The notes below the pieces were generated by a model. The model did not search any database and was not told the DNA's origin. It was given only the letters and a program-made list of their open reading frames with translations. The position numbers and the translations under genes were made by a program. A stretch of 43,225 nt of DNA. It comes from an uncultured Pseudomonadales bacterium (GTDB lineage Bacteria > Patescibacteriota > Microgenomatia > UBA1400 > CG1-02-47-37). Positions 1-8,397 of the stretch are shown here, one piece after another. Numbering within the stretch: position 1 is the first letter of the stretch; each line of letters begins with the position of its first letter. Location of the stretch: positions 1 to 43,225 of the forward strand of contig CAZVYS010000005.1 in NCBI GenBank assembly GCA_964630755.1, in the 5' to 3' direction.

Positions 1-20
1 GAGTTACTTAGAGAAATGCT

Positions 21-293
21 ATGAAAAGGAAAAGTAGTAAAGAGCCTAATCGAGTGGAAGCGAATCTTTTTTTTGTTTCTGAAAAAGAAATAAAAAAATT
101 AAATAAGAAACATCGAAAGCTAGATAAACCAACTGATGTTTTGTCATTTCCTTTAGGTCTAGCATTAGGACCAGATGGAGTGGTTAGATTAGGGGACATA
201 GTAATTTGTAAGGCTCAAGCTAAAAAGAAAAAACACTCAATTTCTTTTTTAGTTAAACACGGTATGTTGCATTTGTTAGGGGTTCATCATTAA
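21..293 (+). CDS. ybeY: rRNA maturation RNase YbeY (minimal form)
   Basis: LN..HR..DKPTDVLSFP, LGDIVIC and the HGMLHLLGVHH zinc motif; stop overlaps the dnaX start (TAATG). Confidence 0.9.
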   Translation: MKRKSSKEPNRVEANLFFVSEKEIKKLNKKHRKLDKPTDVLSFPLGLALGPDGVVRLGDIVICKAQAKKKKHSISFLVKHGMLHLLGVHH

Positions 294-1789
294 TGGCTTT
301 TTATTTAAAATATCGACCACAAAAAATAAAAGAGCTAGATTTAGAGTCGGTTAGACTGGCTTTAACTGAAGCATTAAAAGCAAAAGAAGTAGCGCATGCT
401 TTTTTATTTGTAGGCCCAAAAGGAACAGGTAAAACATCTAGCGCTCGAATTGTGGCTAGGTCTGTAAATTGTGTTAAGAGAAAAAGTAATCAAGGGGAAC
501 CGTGTTTAAAGTGTGAGATGTGTAAGAATATCTTGAATGCAAAAACTCTAGATTTAATTGAGATTGATGCAGCTTCTAATAGGGGTATTGATGATATTAG
601 GGATCTAAAAGCCAAGATCAATTTGACTCCGAGTAGGGCCAAGATTAAAGTCTATATTATTGACGAAGTTCACATGTTAACTACAGAAGCTTTTAATGCC
701 TTGCTTAAAACATTAGAAGAACCACCGAGTCATGCTATGTTTGTTCTTTGTACTACTGAGCCACAAAAGTTACCAGAAACGATTACCTCAAGATGTTTTA
801 GAGTTAGTTTTAATAAAGCAACTGAAAAGGAAATAGTTCGATCTTTAAGTAGAGTAGTAAAAGGAGAAAAGATCAAGATAAATAAAAAAGACTTGTTAGT
901 GATTGCTAATAAAGCTAATGGTAGTTTTAGAGACGCAGTTAAGATACTTGAACAACTAGCTTCTGTGGGGAAAAGCATTAGCCGAAAAAGGGTTAAATCA
1001 GTTTTAAAAAGAGGTCTTGAAGATGGCAGTATTGATGACTGGCTAGTTTTGATTATTAATCAAAAAGTGGACAAAGCATTAGATTGGTTAAGTCAGGTAG
1101 TTAACAAGGGAGCTGATGTAAGGCAGCTAGCTAGAGAATCAGTTGAAAGATTAAGACAATTGTTGATGATTAAGTTAGAAGTTGAAAAAGGAGATGATTT
1201 ATTCAAAGAGCAGACAGTTGAGGTAGTTAAGCAGTTAACTTTTTATTTTCATCAGGCTGCAAGAGAGATAAAAGGAGCGGTGATTGAAAGCTTGCCGCTT
1301 GAGTTGATGATAGTTGAGTGGTCATCTTTTAATAAAGACAAAGCTGCTGCTGCTGATGATGATGAAAGAGAAGCATTAGAAGAAGAAAAAGTACCTAAGA
1401 CAACTAATTTAAAAAAAAGCTCAGGAAAATTAAGTATAGCTAAAGTAACTGATAAATGGCAGGAAGTATTAAAAGCTTTAAAGCCACATAATCATAGCTT
1501 GGAAGCTTTACTCAAAGCGACTAAGCCAAGCGGTTTTGATGGGGGAGTTTTGGTTTTGGAAGTGTTTTATAAGTTTCATAAGGAAAGACTAGAAGATGAT
1601 CGGTATCGGCAACTGGTAGAAACAGTGGCTTCTGAAATTTTAAGTAAACCAGTAAAAGTAAGATATTTACTTGGGGATAAAGTTAGGACAGTGGAGAATA
1701 AAAATAGTCAGGATGATAATGTTTCTGGTAAGATAGATAAAGATATTATTAAAACAGCCGAAGAGGTTTTTGGAGTGGAGGTGAATTGA
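293..1789 (+). CDS. dnaX: DNA polymerase III subunit gamma/tau
   Basis: YLKYRP, Walker A GPKGTGKT, zinc cysteines, EIDAASNRGIDDIR, IIDEVHML, SRC motif. Confidence 0.97.
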   Translation: MAFYLKYRPQKIKELDLESVRLALTEALKAKEVAHAFLFVGPKGTGKTSSARIVARSVNCVKRKSNQGEPCLKCEMCKNILNAKTLDLIEIDAASNRGIDDIRDLKAKINLTPSRAKIKVYIIDEVHMLTTEAFNALLKTLEEPPSHAMFVLCTTEPQKLPETITSRCFRVSFNKATEKEIVRSLSRVVKGEKIKINKKDLLVIANKANGSFRDAVKILEQLASVGKSISRKRVKSVLKRGLEDGSIDDWLVLIINQKVDKALDWLSQVVNKGADVRQLARESVERLRQLLMIKLEVEKGDDLFKEQTVEVVKQLTFYFHQAAREIKGAVIESLPLELMIVEWSSFNKDKAAAADDDEREALEEEKVPKTTNLKKSSGKLSIAKVTDKWQEVLKALKPHNHSLEALLKATKPSGFDGGVLVLEVFYKFHKERLEDDRYRQLVETVASEILSKPVKVRYLLGDKVRTVENKNSQDDNVSGKIDKDIIKTAEEVFGVEVN

Positions 1790-1793
1790 ATTT

Positions 1794-2096
1794 ATGGCAT
1801 TTGATAAAGTAAAACAACTTGGTCAGCTTAAGAAAATGCGAGATCAAGCCATGGCTATTCAAAAACAACTAGCTCAAGAAGAGATAGCATTAGATGAAGG
1901 TGGTATTAAGATAGTTATTTCTGGTGATCAAAAATTAAAAGCTCTTGAAATAGACGGAATGAGTAATGCTAGAGTTCTAGATTTAATTAATAAAGCTATA
2001 AAGAAATCCCAAGAAGTGGCTGCTAAGAAGTTGGCTGAAATGAGCGGTGGTTTGACTGGTATGTTAAAAGGTCAAGGTCTTGGTGGAGGACAGTAG
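1794..2096 (+). CDS. ybaB: YbaB/EbfC family nucleoid-associated protein
   Basis: 100 aa, coiled-coil N-terminus then GGIKIVISGDQK; dnaX-ybaB-recR synteny. Confidence 0.88.
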   Translation: MAFDKVKQLGQLKKMRDQAMAIQKQLAQEEIALDEGGIKIVISGDQKLKALEIDGMSNARVLDLINKAIKKSQEVAAKKLAEMSGGLTGMLKGQGLGGGQ

Positions 2097-2098
2097 AT

Positions 2099-2890
2099 TT
2101 ATATAGTTTCAATCTTAATTTTGGTGCCGATCGGAGGGTGATCAAATTGACTTGAGGCATTTCCAGAACGTAAAAATACTTCCATAAATGGATCGTCTCC
2201 GCCCGAGCTTCCAGGAGCAAAAGCTAGATCACCAGATTTGACCTCAAAATTTCCGTTGGTATAGAAACCAGTTTGATAGATGTGATTAATAATAACTCTA
2301 GTTTTTGAGCCTGGTTTTAGCTTGACTGTTGAATAGCGAATAGTGGTTTTGATGTTGCCGTAAGAATCAATATGCATGATTTTGTTTTTAGGAATGTTGG
2401 CAATAGAGTCAACAGGTAGTTTTTTACCCAAAGTTTCTTTTTTTTGATCTTTTAAAATATTAACTACAGCTTGAGGGTAAAAGTCACGAGAGCGGAATTG
2501 CGAACCTTTGTTTGAGACTTTAATTTGATGAAATTCTTTAATATTATTTTTAATAAAACTAAAGCAGTGGCCTGCATCAACAGCACAAATTTCAACTCCA
2601 TTATCAAGTAAAGCATACTTTAGTTTTTCACCTTCGTTTTGGGATCTTTTTTGGGAATCGTCGGTTCGAGGAGCGGTGTTGCTAAATACAAACATGTTTT
2701 GACTGGGATTATATAAAGCCAGTTGAGCAATAATAAAGCCTGTATTTAAAGTAGAGAACGGGGGAGTGGAAATGGTATGAATTTCTGCCTGTGGAAGTAA
2801 GTTTTTAAAACGTTGGGCTACTTCTGCAAAAGCTAGATCACCAGTACCGTAGTCAGCGATAATGTGGATATAAGGATAGTTAGATTTCAC
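2099..2890 (-). CDS. SAM hydroxide adenosyltransferase / SAM-dependent halogenase family protein (DUF62-like)
   Basis: IADYGTGD, FRSRDFYP, HIDSYGNIKT and MEVFLRSGNAS match the two-domain family pattern; GTG start. Confidence 0.8.
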   Translation of the reverse strand: MKSNYPYIHIIADYGTGDLAFAEVAQRFKNLLPQAEIHTISTPPFSTLNTGFIIAQLALYNPSQNMFVFSNTAPRTDDSQKRSQNEGEKLKYALLDNGVEICAVDAGHCFSFIKNNIKEFHQIKVSNKGSQFRSRDFYPQAVVNILKDQKKETLGKKLPVDSIANIPKNKIMHIDSYGNIKTTIRYSTVKLKPGSKTRVIINHIYQTGFYTNGNFEVKSGDLAFAPGSSGGDDPFMEVFLRSGNASSQFDHPPIGTKIKIETI

Positions 2891-2896
2891 CTTTTT

Positions 2897-2925
2897 ATTG
2901 TAAAGGTAAGTAAAAGATACGTCAA
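2897..2925 (-). promoter_or_regulatory. sigma70-type promoter for the DUF62-like gene, probably leaderless
   Basis: Minus strand TTGACG-17 bp-TACAAT, 6 nt before the GTG start. Confidence 0.6.
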
Positions 2926-2932
2926 TGATCTG

Positions 2933-2941
2933 TGGTATACT
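2933..2941 (+). promoter_or_regulatory. extended -10 promoter for recR
   Basis: TGgTATACT 5 nt before the ATG; no Shine-Dalgarno. Confidence 0.55.
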
Positions 2942-2946
2942 GAGTT

Positions 2947-3549
2947 ATGAAACTTGCCCGTGCCGTGACCAGGTTGATTGAGTCTTTTGAGAAACTTCCG
3001 GGCATTGGTCCAAAGACAGCCCAAAGATTAGCTTTTTATTTACTTTGTAATCCACAAAAAGAACTAGATTTTTTTGCACATTCTTTAACTAGATTAAAAA
3101 AAGATACCAAAGAATGTGGAGTTTGTTTTAATGTGTCAGAATCAGACCCATGTTATATTTGCACGGATGGAAGTAGAGATAATAAAAAGATTTGCATGGT
3201 TGAACAACCTTTAGATGTGTTGGCGATTGAAAAAGGAGGGTTTTATAATGGGCAATATCATGTTTTAGGAGGAGCTATTTCTCCTTTAAATAATATAGGT
3301 CCTGAAGAGCTACATATTTACGACTTATTTCCAAGATTAAAAAATGGTAAAATTCAAGAACTAATTATTGCTACTAATCCAAACATGGAGGGTGAAGCAA
3401 CAGCCATGTATATTAAAAAAATGATTAATGACAAAAAAATAAAAATAAAAATCAATCGCCTCGGTAGAGGATTACCGATCGGGGCAGATTTAGAGTACGC
3501 AGATGAAGTAACATTAAGTAAAGCCTTTGAAGGTAGAAGGGAATACTAA
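2947..3549 (+). CDS. recR: recombination mediator RecR
   Basis: LPGIGPKTAQRLA HhH, C4 zinc finger, TOPRIM (ATNPNMEGEATA), GLPIGADLEYAD. Confidence 0.97.
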   Translation: MKLARAVTRLIESFEKLPGIGPKTAQRLAFYLLCNPQKELDFFAHSLTRLKKDTKECGVCFNVSESDPCYICTDGSRDNKKICMVEQPLDVLAIEKGGFYNGQYHVLGGAISPLNNIGPEELHIYDLFPRLKNGKIQELIIATNPNMEGEATAMYIKKMINDKKIKIKINRLGRGLPIGADLEYADEVTLSKAFEGRREY

Positions 3550-3561
3550 AGGATTACAATT

Positions 3562-4134
3562 ATGAAAATATATTTTTCAGCAGCTATTTTGTATAAAAAG
3601 AATAAAGAAGATACTTATCGAAAGATAATCTCGATACTTAAAAAAAATAATTATCAAGTGTTATCTTACGGAGTTTTGGATAAAGAAATTGATGTTATTT
3701 TAAAGCAAACAGATAAGCAAAGGATAGAGTTTTATAATAGTGTGATTAAGTGGATCAATGAGTGTGATTTAATGATCACTGAAGCCTCTTTTCCGTCTAC
3801 GATTCATATAGGGCATGAGATTAGCTTAGCGATTGAGAAAAATAAACCAGTGATCGCTTTACATGAAAAAGGAAAAGAGCCGTTTTTCTTAAAAGGTATA
3901 AATACAGATAAGTTGTTTTTAGTTGAGTATGACTTAGATAATTTGGAAAGAGAGATAAAGCAAGGCATTGATTATGCAAAAGATCAAATGGATACTAGGT
4001 TTAATTTTTTTATCTCTCCAAAGATAGGTAATTATCTAGATTGGATAGCGAAAAAGAAAAAGACTCCACGGGCAGTTTATTTAAGAAAACTGATTGAAGA
4101 AAACATGGAAGAGAATCAAGACTACAAAGGTTAG
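3562..4134 (+). CDS. nucleoside 2-deoxyribosyltransferase/DNPH1-like domain fused to a C-terminal ribbon-helix-helix domain
   Basis: KIYFSA, CDLMITEASFPST..GHEISLA..KPVIAL; C-terminal RFNFFISPKIGNYLDWIAK...RAVYLRKLIEE. Confidence 0.65.
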   Translation: MKIYFSAAILYKKNKEDTYRKIISILKKNNYQVLSYGVLDKEIDVILKQTDKQRIEFYNSVIKWINECDLMITEASFPSTIHIGHEISLAIEKNKPVIALHEKGKEPFFLKGINTDKLFLVEYDLDNLEREIKQGIDYAKDQMDTRFNFFISPKIGNYLDWIAKKKKTPRAVYLRKLIEENMEENQDYKG

Positions 4135-4361
4135 TTAAAGATAGATTTTAGCCAACTGAAAAAATTGAACTGAGAAGGGGATTGGGTTGAATCTTCATCT
4201 TGGTCGTCATTGTTATCGGTATCTTCATTTGGATGAATAGTAATAGTTACTTTAGTTTTTTGAGAAGTAGTGGTAAAGGTGTTGGGAAGATTGGCTAGTA
4301 AAACAAGACTGATAAAAGTTAGAGTAAGGAAAAATAATCGTCGCGGTTTGGGCATTATCAA
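4131..4361 (-). CDS. small secreted or membrane-associated hypothetical protein (start may be ATG 4355)
   Basis: Basic plus hydrophobic N-terminus, Thr-rich strand, acidic linker, amphipathic C-terminus FNFFSWLKSIFN. Confidence 0.55.
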   Translation of the reverse strand: MIMPKPRRLFFLTLTFISLVLLANLPNTFTTTSQKTKVTITIHPNEDTDNNDDQDEDSTQSPSQFNFFSWLKSIFN

Positions 4362-4439
4362 AGTATATCATAAGAATTTGAGGGTTGACAAAAATTATCT
4401 ATATGTATTAAATGTGTGTAATAAAGGGATCCTAAAAAA

Positions 4440-4928
4440 ATGAAAAACTTAAAACCGTGGCGTTACTTTATAGGGATATTTTTTGTAGGGTTAATTGGAT
4501 TGAGTTTTTTAATTGATCTAAAAGTGAGTCAGCCAGTTAAGGAAATTAGCATTAATAACTTAGAAGTGGTGAGTGAAGAAGATGGGCCGGTAGTTAGTTT
4601 TGATTTAGTTAATCATAGCGAAAAGCAACAAGAGATTTCTGAGCTTGAGGTTGGTTTAAATAACTTAGCTGGGATGACTTTAGATAGGGTCGATGTAAGT
4701 GAGCCAGTCGTACTTGAACCGGGCAATAAACGAAGAATCGAGATGGCTTGGGGTGATAAAGTGGGTGCAAAGGGGTGGTTGTGGACCAATATTAGACTAG
4801 AGGGTAGTCAAGCTCATCAACAGTTAAGTTTCAGTTGGCCTAAGTTAGATATAAGCTCACCAATGTCGCTACTAGCTTTTTCACCAGTGATTTTGTGGTT
4901 TGTAGTTAAACGTAGTTTTTTCACATAA
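4440..4928 (+). CDS. membrane-anchored Ig-like protein resembling the second domain of DUF916/DUF3324 proteins
   Basis: N- and C-terminal hydrophobic segments; SFDLVN...LEPGNKRRIEMAW parallels the LENSGN...LPEK...W and LKNTGN...FPGKE...W segments of the downstream genes. Confidence 0.55.
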   Translation: MKNLKPWRYFIGIFFVGLIGLSFLIDLKVSQPVKEISINNLEVVSEEDGPVVSFDLVNHSEKQQEISELEVGLNNLAGMTLDRVDVSEPVVLEPGNKRRIEMAWGDKVGAKGWLWTNIRLEGSQAHQQLSFSWPKLDISSPMSLLAFSPVILWFVVKRSFFT

Positions 4929-4984
4929 TCTTCACACGCTAGGGATAGTGTCTTCCTATAGTATTGACTACTAAATGCAGGGTC

Positions 4985-5014
4985 TTGACAAAGTGTTAAA
5001 AATATCACTATACT
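4985..5014 (+). promoter_or_regulatory. sigma70-type promoter for the WxL cluster
   Basis: TTGACA-18 bp-TATACT about 195 nt upstream of ATG 5209. Confidence 0.6.
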
Positions 5015-5120
5015 TTGATATAGTTGTTTTAAGTTTGATTTATTAATGACAGACTTATAGCAAACAAAAAAACCTAATATGACCGTGACATTAAAAAAGT
5101 TTGGGGATTTTTATTTTAAA

Positions 5121-5157
5121 GCACCGTAAGCTTAAAAAGCTTAAAGGTGTTTTTTTT
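5121..5157 (+). terminator. intrinsic terminator-like hairpin inside the 5' leader of the small WxL gene
   Basis: GCACC-GTAAGCTT-AAA-AAGCTTA-AAGGTGT followed by a T8 run. Confidence 0.6.
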
Positions 5158-5208
5158 ATTGAAAACACATATCTAACAAATAAAACCTTGAAAGGGGGTG
5201 AAAATAAT

Positions 5209-5829
5209 ATGACAAAAACAATCAAAAAATTAATCGCTACTGGATCTTCATTAGTACTGCTTGCTAATGCAGCTTCACCTATACTAGCTGTTGCTTTGAA
5301 TGATGATGTAACAACTGTAGTTAACCAAGGAGTTAATGCTGGTGCACTTACCATGCAAGCTCCTGATGATGTAACTATGGATGATGTTACTGTATCTTCA
5401 GATACACAAACAGTTGGCGGTGGCGCTTTTTCTGGCGATGGAGATAGTAACGAAGCTAACAACTGGAAAGTTGATGATGCTCGTGGACACAAGCCTACCC
5501 TTCGACCAGGATGGAGTTTAACAGTAGTTGCTGATGACTTTTCTGATGGCGATGCCGAAGAATCTGTTATTGACGTGACTAACTTAACAACTACTCCCAA
5601 CGATGCTGAAGCATTTTTTTCAGCTAATGTTGCTGATATGAGTTTAGGTGGCGCAGCTGCCTTTACTGATGCAGATGACGATGGTACATCAGATGCTAAT
5701 AGTGTAGCCTCTGCTCCTGCCACTAAAGGTAGGGGTCGTTTTCAGGGAGATGTGGGTTTAACCTTAGTGGTACCTGCAAATACAGATGCTGTTGAATACA
5801 GTACGACTTTGACATACACGGTTTCCTAA
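5209..5829 (+). CDS. small secreted WxL-domain surface protein (CscB-like)
   Basis: SD AAGGGGGTG before ATG 5209 (ORF-track start 5101 is probably too early); signal peptide; VDDARG...GWSLTV motif; C-terminal YSTTLTYTVS. Confidence 0.78.
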   Translation: MTKTIKKLIATGSSLVLLANAASPILAVALNDDVTTVVNQGVNAGALTMQAPDDVTMDDVTVSSDTQTVGGGAFSGDGDSNEANNWKVDDARGHKPTLRPGWSLTVVADDFSDGDAEESVIDVTNLTTTPNDAEAFFSANVADMSLGGAAAFTDADDDGTSDANSVASAPATKGRGRFQGDVGLTLVVPANTDAVEYSTTLTYTVS

Positions 5830-5834
5830 AAAAA

Positions 5835-5857
5835 CCGCCCCGACGATTAAGTCGGGG
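5835..5857. repeat. GC-rich palindromic element (family A); possible 3' hairpin of the WxL gene
   Basis: CCGCCCCGACGATTAAGTCGGGG, similar to 34947-34969. Confidence 0.5.
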
Positions 5858-5919
5858 GGACCCTAAAACCGTGACGTTTGGGCGCTAACATATTAGCAAA
5901 CTTAACAACTAAATGTCAA

Positions 5920-5956
5920 GAGAACCATTCCGGGATAACCCCCGGAATGGTTTCTC
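5920..5956 (+). terminator. strong hairpin directly before the large WxL gene
   Basis: 12-bp perfect stem AACCATTCCGGG/CCCGGAATGGTT with only a short T tail. Confidence 0.5.
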
Positions 5957-5962
5957 GCAGTC

Positions 5963-7456
5963 ATGAAAGAAATAATAATAGCTTTATTACTATTAAGTTT
6001 TTTTATTTTAGAAATTAAGTGGGGTAAAGCTGAAGAGCTTAAAGTCCATTTTAGCAATGCTAAATTTTGGTCTGGAACTGAGGTAATTAGTATAGCTACT
6101 GATAGTCAATTTAATCAGCTAACAAACAAGTTTAACAATCGGGAAAAATTGAATTTTAAAATAGAAAGTAGCCGAATCAAGTTATTAAAGGGTAAAAATT
6201 ATTTGAATCTCGAGGATAAGAACGGAAATAAACTTGAAAATAAAGCTCTCATAAAGAGAGAAGAGAATGGTTTATTTAAGGCAGAACTGGAACTATCTGA
6301 TCTTGAACCTGGACCATATTTTATATCAGTTAACATGAATGGTTATGGTAAGAGGCGAAAACTTGAAAGGCTGCTTTTTAAGCAAATCATAACAATAGAT
6401 GACCAAGAGGAATATTTAAAGTGGTTTCAGGCAGGAAAAGAGGACGAAATGAGCTTGGGTGTGGGTCAGAATCGACAGATGGGTTTTAAGCTGAGTTTGG
6501 GTAATGGTGAGGCAGTCTATTCAAATTTTAAGGTCAATGATTATTTAGGTAATCGGCAACAAATAGATAATTATCAAATTAGAGAAGTTGATGGAGTATA
6601 TTTAGTAGATTTGAATTTAAATGGCTTGGATTTAAATGACGATCAATGGTACTTTTTAAGCTATGATGTAACTTCAGAGACTGATAAGCGATATCGGGGA
6701 GCGAAAAGCTTTTATGTTAAGGATAGTTTGCCTGAGGCATTAATTGAGTTACCAGAAGATAAATCCGAGGTTAGTGGTCAGGTTGAGGTGAGGGGAACAG
6801 CTAAAGATGAGTTGTTTTATCATTATTACGTTGATGTTGAAGGTAAAAATGGGATTAGTTTGGTGGAAGGGATACAAACAAAATTAGTTGAAGAGGATTT
6901 GTTGGTTACTTGGGATACAGACAATTTTGACAAAGATAATTATAGTTTACGGTTGACAGTAGTAGATTGGGTGGGAAATCAGGGGCAAATGGAAGTTAGA
7001 GTTAAGTTAAAAGGACACACTAAGAAGTTTAGATTAGAAGTGCCTAGAAAGGTCAAGATGGAGGAAATTGAGGTGTTAACTTTTCCTCAAGTTAGTCATG
7101 GTCAGATGGGCAAAAACAATGGTAAAAAAGGAATTGAGGTTGAAGATGATCGAGGAGCTTACACTGGTTGGAGTGTGACTGGATCGATGACTGATTTTAC
7201 TAGCGATGAACAAGTGATTGAGCTTAATAATTTATTGATTCAACCTCAGAGACCGGTGGTAGTTAAAGGGCAGACTGAAGGCCTTCAGGCTGGAGGGTCG
7301 ATTCGGCCAAACGTTAATGAGATTTTTAGTTTTATGAATGCAGATACTGGTTATGGTAATGGTAAGTATAGGCAGCAGGTGTTATTGGATTTAGATATTA
7401 AGGCAAATATATCAGCTGGAGATTATCAATCACAATTAATAATTACTTTGCAATAA
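5963..7456 (+). CDS. large secreted multi-Ig protein with C-terminal WxL domain (CscC-like)
   Basis: Signal peptide; Ig-like segment (VSGQVEVRGTAKD...WDT...YSLRLTVVD..GN); C-terminal EDDRGAYTGWSVT...AGDYQSQLIITLQ. Confidence 0.72.
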   Translation: MKEIIIALLLLSFFILEIKWGKAEELKVHFSNAKFWSGTEVISIATDSQFNQLTNKFNNREKLNFKIESSRIKLLKGKNYLNLEDKNGNKLENKALIKREENGLFKAELELSDLEPGPYFISVNMNGYGKRRKLERLLFKQIITIDDQEEYLKWFQAGKEDEMSLGVGQNRQMGFKLSLGNGEAVYSNFKVNDYLGNRQQIDNYQIREVDGVYLVDLNLNGLDLNDDQWYFLSYDVTSETDKRYRGAKSFYVKDSLPEALIELPEDKSEVSGQVEVRGTAKDELFYHYYVDVEGKNGISLVEGIQTKLVEEDLLVTWDTDNFDKDNYSLRLTVVDWVGNQGQMEVRVKLKGHTKKFRLEVPRKVKMEEIEVLTFPQVSHGQMGKNNGKKGIEVEDDRGAYTGWSVTGSMTDFTSDEQVIELNNLLIQPQRPVVVKGQTEGLQAGGSIRPNVNEIFSFMNADTGYGNGKYRQQVLLDLDIKANISAGDYQSQLIITLQ

Positions 7457-7491
7457 TCCCGATTAAATGCGGGACAAGGGGGGTGAAAATA

Positions 7492-8397
7492 ATGAAAAAA
7501 ATACTAATTAGTTTATGCTTGCTTTTTGTAGCTGTAACTACAGTTAAGGCAGCCAGTTTCGGGGGCTTGGGGATTTATCCAACTAATCCAGTTGAAGATG
7601 TTCCATTATCTTCTTCTTGGTTTATATATAACTTAGTGCCTGGAGAAGAAAAAACTGACACGGTTACAGTTCAAAACACTAGCGAAGAGACTCTGTCAGC
7701 TAAAATTTACGCTGTTGATGGAACTACAACACGAGATGGAGCTTTTGCCCTTTTAAATGAGTCAGATCCTAAAAAGGATCTTGGTTCATGGGTGGATTTA
7801 CCTGTTACAAAAGTAACTTTGGCTCCAGGAGAAAATAGACAGATTAACTTTGATATTAAAGTGCCTAGTGGAGCTAAAGTGGGTAGTCATTTAGGTGGAA
7901 TTGTACTTGAAAACCTTAAGGTTGGTGAAGGTAAAGGAGTCGACGTGGTTACCCGAGTAGGGGTGAGAATATATGAGACAGTACCAGGTGTATTGGTTCG
8001 ATTGCTTGACTTAACAGATTTATCCTGGAAGTTAGTGAATGACAAAGTTAATTTAATGTTTAAGTTGGAAAATTCTGGAAATGTTCACTTAGATCTTAAG
8101 GGTAAGATTGAGTTTATAAACCAATTCACTGGTAAAGTCGTGGTTGAAGAAGAAGCTGATCTTAGAACTGTATTGCCAGAAAAACCAACTGAAGTACCCT
8201 ATGTTTGGCAAAAAACACCTTTGCTAGGTAGCTATGTAGCTCGGGTAACGATTGATTACGGTAATGAAGCCGAAATAATCGAGCGAGAAGTTCGCTTTAT
8301 GTATGTAACTAAAAAAGCGTTGACTCTAGCTGGAGTTGGTTTTGTAGTCTTGTTAGTAGCTAGAGCTATAGCAGCTAGCAAAAGAAAGAGAAGATAA
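7492..8397 (+). CDS. DUF916/DUF3324-type WxL-interacting protein (CscA-like), copy 1
   Basis: Strong SD before ATG 7492 (track start is GTG 7483); WFIYNLVPGE, V.N.S, VDGTTTRDGAF, GSHLGGI, VGVRIYETVPG, N.GNV; C-terminal TM and basic tail. Confidence 0.8.
   Translation: MKKILISLCLLFVAVTTVKAASFGGLGIYPTNPVEDVPLSSSWFIYNLVPGEEKTDTVTVQNTSEETLSAKIYAVDGTTTRDGAFALLNESDPKKDLGSWVDLPVTKVTLAPGENRQINFDIKVPSGAKVGSHLGGIVLENLKVGEGKGVDVVTRVGVRIYETVPGVLVRLLDLTDLSWKLVNDKVNLMFKLENSGNVHLDLKGKIEFINQFTGKVVVEEEADLRTVLPEKPTEVPYVWQKTPLLGSYVARVTIDYGNEAEIIEREVRFMYVTKKALTLAGVGFVVLLVARAIAASKRKRR

Noticed and set aside
5101-5208. N-terminal extension of the small WxL ORF in the track
   Set aside because: Runs through the leader terminator; the SD and signal peptide point to ATG 5209.
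5091-5723. 210-aa minus-strand ORF
   Set aside because: Antisense shadow of the WxL gene; Ser/Ala-rich, as expected from reverse-read GCT/GAT codons.
5830-5960. c-di-AMP (ydaO) or c-di-GMP-I riboswitch suggested by GGGGGACCC..TTGGG..GCTAAC and GCAAAC
   Set aside because: Other conserved blocks (GGGGTGAATCC; GAAA..GACGCAAA) are missing and the spacing is too short; kept only as an unnamed motif.
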